From contig DYLW01000003.1 of assembly GCA_020721865.1 (NCBI GenBank), positions 43,986-107,985 of the forward strand: 64,000 bases of DNA, in the 5' to 3' direction. The position numbers and the translations under genes are program-made. The notes below the pieces were generated by a model. It worked only from the letters and a program-made list of their open reading frames with translations, made no database searches and was not told the origin of the DNA. Below are positions 49,119 through 59,500 of this stretch, in pieces; the stretch's first letter is position 1; each line of letters opens with the position of its first letter. The DNA is from Leptospira biflexa. GTDB lineage: Bacteria > Spirochaetota > Leptospiria > Turneriellales > DYLW01.

Positions 49119-49359
49119 TGTTCTGGTGCGTTTTAAAAAATCCGTGCTGGAACCGCAGGGGAAAGCCATTCATTTGTCACTTAAAGACAACCATTTTGAG
49201 GGTATCGAATCTATACGGGTGGGTAAGATTGTGGAAATAACGCTGGAAGCTGCGAATAAAGAAGCCGCGATGGAATACTTGAAGAAGATAACGGAAGAAG
49301 TGCTTTATAATCCCGTAATGGAGACTGCGGAAATTATCCTTACGGAAGAAAAGGCATGA
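49102..49359 (+). CDS. purS: Phosphoribosylformylglycinamidine synthase subunit PurS
   Basis: VLVRFKKSVLEPQGKAI..VGKIVEITLEA fits PurS. It is the tail of track ORF 48850..49359. A TTG at 49099 or 49102 follows GGAG (49092-95) and overlaps the end of purC. Confidence 0.8.
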   Translation: MQYSANVLVRFKKSVLEPQGKAIHLSLKDNHFEGIESIRVGKIVEITLEAANKEAAMEYLKKITEEVLYNPVMETAEIILTEEKA

Positions 49360-50015
49360 CCGCCGGTATCCTGATTTTCCCCGGAAGTAACTGCGATGCA
49401 GACCTGCATTATGTTCTGGGTTCCGTCTATGGCATCCGCACGGAGGTTCTTCGTTATACGGAATCCTTTGAAATACGGCATGATTTTTATTTTGTTCCCG
49501 GCGGTTTTTCCTATGGGGATTATCTCCGGAGCGGTGCCATGGCCGCCCGGACTCCGGCGGTTAAGTCTTTGCGGGAAGCCGCAAAATCCGGGCGAAAAAT
49601 CATAGGTATTTGCAATGGATTCCAGATTCTGACGGAATCTCATCTTCTGCCGGGAGCCCTCATCCGGAATAAAGACCTGCGGCATATATGTAAATGGGTA
49701 TCTCTCAAACCGGAAAATATGTTCTCCGCAAATCTGCCGGCAGAATACTATCTTCCGGTAAGCCATTCCGAAGGGAATTACATCGCACCGGATGAAACCA
49801 TCCGCGAGTTAGAGGATAACTCCCAGGTGGTGTTCCGTTACCGGGAAAATCCTAATGGGTCCATGAACGACATAGCCGGGATCATCAACAAAGAAAAAAA
49901 TATTATAGGGTTAATGCCCCATCCGGAGAGAGCCATCCTGGAATCGGATGATCATCCTGCCGGTAAAATGGGTTACGGTAAATATTTTTTTGATTTTATT
50001 TTTAATAAATTCTGA
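49356..50015 (+). CDS. purQ: Phosphoribosylformylglycinamidine synthase glutaminase subunit PurQ
   Basis: Motifs GGFSYGDYLR, GICNGFQIL (catalytic Cys) and MPHPER. Confidence 0.9.
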   Translation: MTAGILIFPGSNCDADLHYVLGSVYGIRTEVLRYTESFEIRHDFYFVPGGFSYGDYLRSGAMAARTPAVKSLREAAKSGRKIIGICNGFQILTESHLLPGALIRNKDLRHICKWVSLKPENMFSANLPAEYYLPVSHSEGNYIAPDETIRELEDNSQVVFRYRENPNGSMNDIAGIINKEKNIIGLMPHPERAILESDDHPAGKMGYGKYFFDFIFNKF

Positions 50016-51007
50016 TGGCGGAATATACCGTTGGATGGGTTGCCGGTGTTTACGGTGCGTACTATGAAATTCTGACTTCGGATCATAAACCGTATCTGGC
50101 CAAACCATCCGGAAAACTGCGGCTCCTGAAAAAGCAGAACACATATACAGAAATTAAAGAAGAAAAAAATATTTTCACCATTGGGGATATGGTGGATATA
50201 AAAAAAACAGACAAAAAAAATAAAGGCGAGGAGTACGCCATTACCGGACTCCATCCCAGAAGAAATTATTTCCAAAGGTCCAGCCAGAACAGAATGCAGG
50301 TAATGGCGGCAAATCTGGATCAGATTTTTATTATTTCCTCTTTGGATGCTCCTCTTTTCAACCCTGGGTTTACGGACAGGGTGATCACGGAAGCCATGTC
50401 CAAAAATATTGATGTATATTTAATATTGAATAAAATGGATATTTTACAGGATGAAAACGGCTATGAAAAATACAGAGAATCCCTCAACCGTTTTACGTAT
50501 TATGCCAGTCTGGGGTTTCCCATTTTTTTTACATCCCTGCAGGCCGATGTGGAGGAAACCATTCTGGATATACTCCGGGGGAAAAGAACATTTCTCATTG
50601 GGCAGTCCGGTGCCGGAAAAAGTACGTTCATCAACCGGGTTGCCGGGGAAAATATTCAGAAAACAAAGAGCGTGGAGAAAGGAGAAAAAGGAAAACACAC
50701 CACGGTAAATGCCCGGATGATTCTTGCACAGGAAAATATGGAAATTATAGATGCCCCCGGATTGCGGGAATTTTCGTTAAACCATCTGACGCCGGAAAAA
50801 ATACTTTTGGGATACCCGGAATTTAATAATTATATATGTCGCTTCCAGAATTGTACCCATACAGAAGAGGAGGGTTGTGCCGTTCGGGAAGCCCTGGAGA
50901 AGGGAAGAATATTTACAGACAGATACCGCTCCTATAAATCCACGCTTTTGTCACTGGCGGAAAAGTTTAAACCAAAAAGGGGAGATTACTGGCGGGGAAT
51001 CCGCTGA
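50015..51007 (+). CDS. rsgA: Ribosome small-subunit-dependent GTPase A
   Basis: Motifs LNKMDIL and GQSGAGKSTFINR. C-terminal zinc motif CRFQNCTHTEEEGCAV. Confidence 0.9.
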   Translation: MAEYTVGWVAGVYGAYYEILTSDHKPYLAKPSGKLRLLKKQNTYTEIKEEKNIFTIGDMVDIKKTDKKNKGEEYAITGLHPRRNYFQRSSQNRMQVMAANLDQIFIISSLDAPLFNPGFTDRVITEAMSKNIDVYLILNKMDILQDENGYEKYRESLNRFTYYASLGFPIFFTSLQADVEETILDILRGKRTFLIGQSGAGKSTFINRVAGENIQKTKSVEKGEKGKHTTVNARMILAQENMEIIDAPGLREFSLNHLTPEKILLGYPEFNNYICRFQNCTHTEEEGCAVREALEKGRIFTDRYRSYKSTLLSLAEKFKPKRGDYWRGIR

Positions 51008-51687
51008 ATCCGGTTTTCCCGGATAAACAGCGTGACGGCGGTAATTTTTTTCTGTGAAGCCCCGTTTTCGGTGAGAAGCCGTGCAGCGTAATTCAACGTT
51101 GCCCCGGTGGTGGTCACATCGTCCAGAAGAATAATGCTGCGATCTGGTGGAACCCGGAAATTTTTTTTCAGGAAAAGGTTATCCTGTACAATGCCGTAGC
51201 GGGAGGCCGCATTCTTTGTCTTTGCTTTGATCCGCCGGTTTTTTTTATAAAAAGGGGATACCCATTCGCAGTCATAAATTTGGGAAATACTCCGGGCATA
51301 TTTTCTCAGAAAAGGATGAGAGGATTCCAGGGTAATGAGAATCGAGCCGGGGCAGAGATTTGCCCAGCGTTGCTTTGTTTTCTGCAAAAGATAATTACGG
51401 CATCCGGAATGATTATGGAATTTTGCCTCCTTAAACAATTCCCTGGATGTGTTTCGGTAAAGATAAAATGAGATTAAATTATGGTAAAATACTTCATGAC
51501 CGGATTCACTGTCCCGTAAACCGGAGAAAAAATCCCCATGTTCCTGTGGAATGTATTCCTGGTCTATTTTTTTTTCGCAGCCTGCACAGAATGGGATTCC
51601 CGGAATGCTCATCTCTTTTTTGCAGCTTATACAAAATTGCGGGAAGAGAAAATGATTCAGAGATTTTTTAAATACAGCTTTATCCAT
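50986..51687 (-). CDS. comF: ComF-family phosphoribosyltransferase-like protein
   Basis: N-terminal 4-Cys CISCKK..CAGCEK and PRTase motif ILLDDVTTTGATL. Confidence 0.8.
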   Translation of the reverse strand: MDKAVFKKSLNHFLFPQFCISCKKEMSIPGIPFCAGCEKKIDQEYIPQEHGDFFSGLRDSESGHEVFYHNLISFYLYRNTSRELFKEAKFHNHSGCRNYLLQKTKQRWANLCPGSILITLESSHPFLRKYARSISQIYDCEWVSPFYKKNRRIKAKTKNAASRYGIVQDNLFLKKNFRVPPDRSIILLDDVTTTGATLNYAARLLTENGASQKKITAVTLFIRENRIQRIPRQ

Positions 51688-52277
51688 TTGTCCAGATTCT
51701 CCTGTTTTTTCTCCGGTAAGGGTTCCGTGGAATATTCCAGCTTTCTGGTAGCAGAATCCATCTCTTTTTTCTGGAATCCCAAACCGGAAAGAACTTCCTC
51801 AATAGCTGCCATAAATAAAGAAACCGGTTCCGCACTTTTTTCGGATGAGGGGCTTCCCGCACTTCGGTTACTATGCCTTTTTCTGGATGCTTCAAAAATT
51901 ATTTTTTCCGCCTTTGCTTTGCCAATGCGGGGAGCTTTTTTCAGCTTTTCCAGATCATTGTTTTGAAGGGCCAGATCCAGCCCCGGAACCCCCAGATAGG
52001 AAATCAGATTGACAGCGGTTTGGCCTCCCACCCCGGATAATGACTTCAGGAAATCAAACATGCGGGCCTCTTCCTCGTCATGGAATCCATACAGGGTGGG
52101 CTGGTTGTCATTGGAATAGAGCAACCGAGTGAAAATGGTGACGACTTCTTCCCGCCGGTTATGATAAGCCTCATAAACCTGAATGGTGGTTTGCAGGGAA
52201 TAGGAAATACCCTGAACATCCAGAATCATGGAGAGAGGCTCCAGAGAAATTATCTTACCTGTTATCCGGACAATCAT
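51657..52277 (-). CDS. ruvA: Holliday junction branch migration complex subunit RuvA
   Basis: MIVRITGKI start, HhH region LKSLSGVGGQTAVNLIS. Trimmed to ATG 52277. Confidence 0.85.
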   Translation of the reverse strand: MIVRITGKIISLEPLSMILDVQGISYSLQTTIQVYEAYHNRREEVVTIFTRLLYSNDNQPTLYGFHDEEEARMFDFLKSLSGVGGQTAVNLISYLGVPGLDLALQNNDLEKLKKAPRIGKAKAEKIIFEASRKRHSNRSAGSPSSEKSAEPVSLFMAAIEEVLSGLGFQKKEMDSATRKLEYSTEPLPEKKQENLDKWIKLYLKNL

Positions 52278-52755
52278 TGTTTTTCCTTCGCAGCCATAAC
52301 GCCATGGCAATAGCAGCCGCATCGCTGGCATCATCCGGGCCGGGTATATGATCGATATTCAGAAGCTTCTGGACCATCAGTTTTACCGAAGTTTTCCCCG
52401 CACGACCTGATCCGGTAACCGCTTTTTTGACCGAATTGGGTTGAAAATAATCTATGGGAATATTCCGTAACGCCAGAGAGAGGATGATGATTCCCCTGGC
52501 CTCAATGTTATAGTTCATCCGTTGCATACTGGTTTTTAAATATATTTCCTCTATTCCGGCAAAACATACTTTATTTTTCTTTAAGAAATCTTCCAGCTCT
52601 TTATGGAGTTGCAGATAGCGTTTTTCTCTGGGGATTTCCGGATCCGTTTCAATGGTGAAAATATTCTCCGGCTGGGGGAGGTGGTTTTTTTCATACCGGA
52701 AATGGGCAATTCCTGTTCGTCCATATCCCGGATCCACCCCCAGAATGCTAATCAT
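52255..52755 (-). CDS. ruvC: Crossover junction endodeoxyribonuclease RuvC
   Basis: ILGVDPGYGRTGIA N-terminus (catalytic Asp context) and C-terminal DASDAAAIAM. Confidence 0.9.
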   Translation of the reverse strand: MISILGVDPGYGRTGIAHFRYEKNHLPQPENIFTIETDPEIPREKRYLQLHKELEDFLKKNKVCFAGIEEIYLKTSMQRMNYNIEARGIIILSLALRNIPIDYFQPNSVKKAVTGSGRAGKTSVKLMVQKLLNIDHIPGPDDASDAAAIAMALWLRRKNNDCPDNR

Positions 52756-53479
52756 TCAGATTTGTATACACATTCTGAACATCTTCATGGCTTTCAATGA
52801 CGTCCAGAAATCTCTCCACGGCACTTTCTTTATCCGGGGGTAAATCCAGCGGGTTTAACGGCACATACTGTAAGCCAGACTCAATCACAGATATTTTCTT
52901 TTCCAGAAGATAGGGTTCCAGATTGCTGAACACCTCATGAAATTTTTCCCTTTCCGTTTTGATGATGAATATACCTTCATCGGATTCAAAATCGTCCGCT
53001 CCGGATTCAATGGCTTTGGAAAAAAGATCTTCTTCCTCAGCATTCGCCGCATCCAGAATAATAATTCCTTTATGCTCAAAGAGATAGGAAACCGCACCGG
53101 TGTCCGCCATGGAACCGCCATTTTTACTCAGAAGGTTTTTTATCTCCGGGATGGTACGGCTACGCTTGTCCGTCATGGTTTCAATCATAACGGCCATCCC
53201 GCCAGGGCCATAGCCCTCAAATACTATTTCCTCGTAGTTCACCCCTTCCAATTCACCGCTGCCTTTTTTAATGGCCCGGTCAATGTTATCCTTGGGAACA
53301 TTGGCTTCCCTGGCCTTGGCGATGGCCGTCCGCAAGCGGGGATTGCAACTATCGTCCCCGCCGCCTAATTTGGCCGCCAACATAATTTCCTTGGTGAGCT
53401 TGGTGAATACCTTACCGCGTTTCGCATCAAGGGCTGATTTCTTATGCTTTATGTTTGCCCATTTTGAATGTCCTGACAT
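52748..53479 (-). CDS. yebC: YebC/PmpR-family transcriptional regulator
   Basis: MSGHSKWANIKHKK signature; full-length family pattern. Confidence 0.95.
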   Translation of the reverse strand: MSGHSKWANIKHKKSALDAKRGKVFTKLTKEIMLAAKLGGGDDSCNPRLRTAIAKAREANVPKDNIDRAIKKGSGELEGVNYEEIVFEGYGPGGMAVMIETMTDKRSRTIPEIKNLLSKNGGSMADTGAVSYLFEHKGIIILDAANAEEEDLFSKAIESGADDFESDEGIFIIKTEREKFHEVFSNLEPYLLEKKISVIESGLQYVPLNPLDLPPDKESAVERFLDVIESHEDVQNVYTNLND

Positions 53480-53519
53480 GCGTCAGGTTTTAATTGAAAA
53501 CAGGCAAGACAAGTTTTTT

Positions 53520-56500
53520 TCAGTTTAACAGCATAATTACAGTATTATAATCGTTACGGGATGGATACTGTTCGGACAGCATTTTCTTCGCTTCCGTGTA
53601 TGCAGCCACTGGATCTTTTCTCTGTTTCAGCTCCCGGAGGTAATAATCCATAAATACATAGAACACATTCTTTTTATCGGTTTTATACATAAAAAGGAAG
53701 TTTTTATCTCCGGAGGAGGAAATGGTTTCCCGGATCCGGTTTTTATCCACTGGAGCATCCCAGACAACCAGGCTCCCGTTTTTCAAAAAGTTTGTATCCT
53801 GGGTGAAAACCAATGTATCTTTTTTTGCAGGACTTGCTTTTGCAGGATTGTTCAGGTGTATCCGGAATAGGGAATAACCAGGATTTTTTGCGGATACATC
53901 TGTCATCCAGGAATATTTTTTCCCGGTTGCCATGGTCTGGATTCCGGACGCAATAGCCGATGTTTGATCACCAACAGTTTGTTCCTCACGTTCCAGACGG
54001 GAAACGTACAGGGTGGTGTCCAAGCCGATTTTATTCTCTTCCAGAAAAGATTCCTTTGCGGGAAAATACAAAATGGCTTTGGATGGATCATCAAATTCCG
54101 CCTGTATCTGCTCTTCCATCGGCTGTGTATCCTTAACAGAAAGACGTTCCATGGATGCTTCCCCGGAAAGCTGCCAGCGGTACACCATGCCCGGATAGGT
54201 TTCCACAAAACCGGTCACCGGATACGGGAAGGACCGGAATGCTTTGATTTTCTTTCCAGTATCATACGCATAGTATTTTTTCAAACCCTGGTTGAAATTC
54301 TTTGTATTGTGGTAGTACGTAAAAAGAATGTCATTCTGCCACTTCTCATCAATGGACATCTTTTCTGGATTCTTCAGATATTTACTGAAATACTGTATTT
54401 TCTGAATAATCTCCCTGTCATAACGGGAACCGGATGTTTCCATATAGGCGGCATTTGTCACTTTTTCCGGAAAATCAATCATGGTATGGTACAGATAATG
54501 GTTGAAAATACTCTGGTTGGAGGAGGATATCTGCCCGATGTTTTTTGTCCGGATGATGTCAGGGACATTACTTACGTTATCTTCCCGGTCGGAAAAATTA
54601 GAAAGGAAGGAGTAAAAAATAATCTGCTGGTAATTCAATCCTTCGCTCTTCAGTTTATTTTTCCCGGTTTCTCCCAATTTTGCATAAATCAGATTTCTTT
54701 CCGCCGGCATGTATTTTCCGGTTTGCAACGAATACAGCAGATCATAGGCTAAAAGCTGGTCAATGATAACCTGATCCAGTTTTTTATTCTCCGGCTCACT
54801 CATTAATCGTTGCATGTTATCCAACGCAGAGAATGTGTTCAGCATATTACCGGTGGAAAGGTAATAGACAAAGAACGCATATTCTTTTTCCAGAGGATTG
54901 ATCCGGGAATTTTCCAGCTTAGACAACCCATCTGCGTTGGGGGATGCTATAAATCCGGTATAGAATTCCGGTACGGACGTGGATTTATGGTTTGAGGCTT
55001 TGGCTATCCTTCCGGTCTTCACCAGAAGCAACTGGCGGAAAAGATTATTTCTGGATCCAACCATAGAGGTGGAATCTGCTTTATCGGCAAAATTAGTGAG
55101 CCGATCCAGACTGGTATTGGCTGCGTATACATCCGCCCATCGTCCGGGATTAGTGGATGCCGCTGCGATGCTTTTTTCCATCTCCTCCGGAGTTTCCTTT
55201 TCCGGGATGCCGGCTTTTTTCCGCAGATTTGCCAGAGACGGGTTTTTTTCTGTTAAAGATACCTGTCCGCTTTTCATTTTTCCCAGAACATAAGATTCCA
55301 GAAGGTAACGGTAATCTTTCTCCGTTAAGGAATATGCGGATGACAATTGTCCCAGCAGGGCGGAATGATCGGCTTCCGGATTATAGTAATATTCCATGGC
55401 CAGATTTGCCAGAGACAGGAATCTCCTGCTTTCTTTGTCCTTTTTCAGGGTTTCCAGTCTTTTCTGCAGGAACAAATCCTTTTCCGCCTTATTTCCGGCG
55501 ATGAAGGAGAGCTCCAGAAAAATGGAATAATAATCATTTTCTCCCCGGAGAGATTCCGGCGGGTTGATGCTTTCCCATGCAGCTTTCACATTTTCACTTC
55601 TTTTCACCGCATCCAGTGCCAATGGGTATTCCTTTTCCTTTTGTAGAGATCTGGCCAATTGGTTGAAGGCCGAAAACTGTGCGTTAAACGCATCGGCGTG
55701 TTTCAGAGAAAATTCCCTGGCTTTTACTTTGCCGTCTTTTTCCGTGTTTTTTCTGGCCAGAATTCCGGAATACTGTTCCAGAGACCGGGTTCCGGGAAAG
55801 AAAGTGGAACCTGTTGTTCCGGCATTCCCGTTCATGAGGTTTTCTATCTGGGGTTTTGCGGCTTCTCTTTTGCCATAAAAATGATAAATATTTTTAAATC
55901 CAGACGCACCCAAGAGCAGGTTGACTCCGCCGGAATAGCTTAATTTCTCACCCATGGGGATGGGGTTTATATCGGAGTACGTTATAACGGCAGACTGAAA
56001 CTGGTGTTCATAACCCAGAACGTTTGCATAGGAAATTTCGTTACGGTTGACCGGAATGATGGATTTATCCAGTTGCAGCTCATAATCCAGAACTTCTCCC
56101 CATATCCTTTTTTCCTGGAGTTTTGCATCACTATCAGCTTCCAGAAAAACTATGGGCAGATTATATTTGGATGCTCCCCCAAAGAAACCCATCAGTCCGG
56201 ACTGGGTCTTAACCTGGAGCCAGTTTTTTCCGGAGAAAGCATAAGCATCATTTAAGAGCAAAGCTTCCTGGATAAGGTAATAACGGGTGGGCTCCTTTCC
56301 GGATTTCTCTTTCAGGAGATACCCAAAGGAGGAACTCTGGATGACATTTTCATCCACAAAGAGGGTATCTGTATTTTGGGAGAGAATCCATTTGGTCAGT
56401 TCCATACGTCGCAGGGTGCCTGGATCTTCTTCTTTTTTAGCCGGTGCGGCGGAGGGGGTTGTTCCTCCCTTGTCTTTAGCCAAGGCATTGGCAGGCGATG

Positions 56501-59500
56501 CTTCTTTTGACCCTTCCCTGGATGCTTCTTTGTCTTTATTGGTGATTTTATCTTTAATACTTTTCCAGTCCGTTGCAGCAAAATCTGCCAAAGGAAACCT
56601 TTTTCCTTCCATCTTTCCATTCGCAGAGGATATGAAATAAACGGTTTCTCCATCATTGAAGGTGTACATTACATTGCCCAATCCAGAGGGGAGACTGGCT
56701 TTGTGATCATAAAAGGAATTGTAAAATACTTTCGTGGATGGGTTTTTGGCAAGGCTGGCAAAATTTTCCTTTCTTTCTTTCTCCAAACTTTCCAGATCCT
56801 TTTCCAGCTCTGCGGAGTCTTCCCGGAGGAGTCTTTTTTTCTCAATGTGATTGACTATGATCAGTCTCTGCTTCTTGAGATAGTTTTCGGTTTCCAGAAA
56901 TTTCTGGAAATCCTCATTGTAAAGTGGGACTGCAGACAGGGAGGGTAGGATTACCATGGAGGACAGAATATGCCGGGATTCATTCTGGATTTCCAAGGCC
57001 TTCCCATACTGGCCGGCGGTAAAATATTCCCGGGATAAATCCGATGTGATATTCCGGAACAGATTGGGGTTGTATTCAATGAGCTGTTCATTGCCCGTAA
57101 AAATGGTATACGCACGGGATAAATAATCCATTCTTTGCCGGTCTTCCGTTGCGTTCTGGTAAAGTTTATACGAAGTAATGGCCAGAGGATAAAAGGATTG
57201 AAATTCATCCGATTCCTCATGTAATGCGGTGTAGTTTTCCTGGGCTTTCTGGCTCATGGACAGATTTTCCAGAATCAGACTGCGGTTTAATCCGGAAACC
57301 ATGACCAGACTCCGGTCTTTTTTCTTATCCCAGAAAACAACCTTCTGGCTCATGTATTCAGGATTGCGGTATTCCCCGGTAAATATTTTCAAAGCCTGGG
57401 AATAATATCCATAGGTTTTGGATTTGTTCTGGATGAATCCATTGTAATCCGTAAAGATTTCCTTCTGTTCCTGGTCTTTTTTCTGGCTGTAAAGTCCATA
57501 GAAAGTCTCAAAAATCCCTTTGTACAGAATGATCTGATAAATCTCTTTTACGGAAATTTCCGTTATTTTTGCTTTTTCTTCTTCTGTTAATTCCAGATCA
57601 GAATTTTTTTCTTTCTGGGCGTCGCTGGCCAGCTTTATTTTGGTCTGGATATATTTGTCAATGAACTTATCATTTTCTTCCATGTAATCTTTAATGGTAT
57701 CCAGTTTGTCAGCATCGGATTTTGCAGAATTTTCAATGGAGTACGCATACAGCGTCAGCAGATTTTTTCTGGCCAGTCGCTGGATACCCATATAATTATT
57801 TTTCTGGGCCAGTTCCAGGGCTTCCTTATAGCTGGCTTGGGATGCGTCCAGCAGGTTCATCCGGAACTGGGCTTCCCCCATCCGCAGATACGCAGAAGCC
57901 AGAGCTTCTTTCCCATGGGCACTTTCATCTTTTTTTGCAAATTCAATCAGTTGTTGTAGCTCTCCGATGGCAATTCCATAGAGACCTTTTTTGAAGAGAA
58001 TATCAGCTTTCATGGAATGGTACATCTGGTAACGGTTTATGGTGGGCAGATTAAAAGCCAGATGGTTGTCTCCCACATACACAAAATCATAGTCAAAGGT
58101 GTACACTTTGGAGACCAGCCAGGTCCAGGGCTGGTATACTCCAAACCATTTAATGCGGATGGGATATCGGGGAGCCAGATTTTCTTTTTCTTCCCCAAGG
58201 GCACCCCGTGCGTTTTCTAATTCGGAAAGTGCCAATCCATAGTTTTCCATGTCTTTATACAAACGGGCTTTTTCCAGGGCAATCATGGAACGCTCTTCCC
58301 TTATGCCTGCAAAATTCTGCTCTTGGATTACCAGATTGTACCATCGGATAGACTCTTCATTTTTTCCGTCCAGCTCGTTGGAGATGGCCAGATATTTCAT
58401 GATGGTGGTACGTTTCTGCAAATTTTCACGGACTGTTTCCGGACTGCCGGATAAAGGGGCAATATTCTGGTAGAGCTGGTAGGCTTTTTCCAGATACTCA
58501 ATGGATTTTTTATACTCATCTGTAAAATAGTACGTCTTTCCTGCATGGAAATAATAATTAGCCCGCTGTATTTCTGACTCAAAAGTGTAGTTCTCCATAT
58601 CCCCCAGCATGGAATAATACTCTTTTGCCTTGTAATAATTATTCAAAAGAAAGTAGTTATTTCCAATGTTCAGATAAAAAGACGCCAGAATTCCCTTATT
58701 GGACTGAAGCCCAAAGTACGAAATACTTTTCTGGTACAGCCGGATGTTTTCTTCAAAAAGGTAGCCGGGAAAATATTTTTTATATAGCTCTGCGAATTTT
58801 TCCTTGTCCTTCTTGTTGTTTTTCTGGTCCACAACCACTTCCCGCTTTTCATCAATATACTGGTACATCCAGCCCAGAAGAACATAACTTTCCGCAAAAT
58901 ACTGATCGGCAAAGAACGACCACTGAAAGTCATTTTCTGCGGTTTTAAATTTTTTCAGCACTTCTTCTTTAAGCTTTTCCTTTAAATTCTTTTTTTCATA
59001 TTTTGTATGCAGAACAATCCCCGTCTGGGTGTTCAGGTGGGCACGGGCAAAGATGAAAAAGTTCAGCAGGTATCTGCGTGCAAAATCAATATTATCATCA
59101 TAATACTTTATCACATCATCCATCACCGGTTCTTTGGAATCCATAGCCTGGATGGTCATGGAATTGATGTTGATGAAGGTCTGCATGGATTTTTCTTTTA
59201 CCAACTCCGGAAGGATTTCCTTGGCTCCCAACTGGAGATAAATATTCCCCAGAAAGCGGTAATAATTCCACGCCTTTTTATACTGCCCCCGGTTGCGGTA
59301 TACCTCTGCCATATTTTCATAATAGGCCAGAAATTTTTTTACCAGAGGTATGAACGCAGCGTCCGCATAAGAATTTTTATAGATGGCCACCGCTTTATTA
59401 TAATGGGAGAATGCTGTATCCAAGTTTTTCTGATATTCCTCGATGCCACCCTGGATCACATAACTTTTATACTCCCAGAATGTATCCGGGGGAATGATTT

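Noticed and set aside
53520-56500. CHAT (caspase-like) protease domain at the C-terminus of the giant TPR protein, as is common in TPR-CHAT proteins.
   Set aside because: The final roughly 60 aa (FMDYYLRELKQRKDPVAAYTEAKKML) vaguely recall a CHAT C-terminus. I could not find the His/Cys catalytic dyad context, so no call is made.
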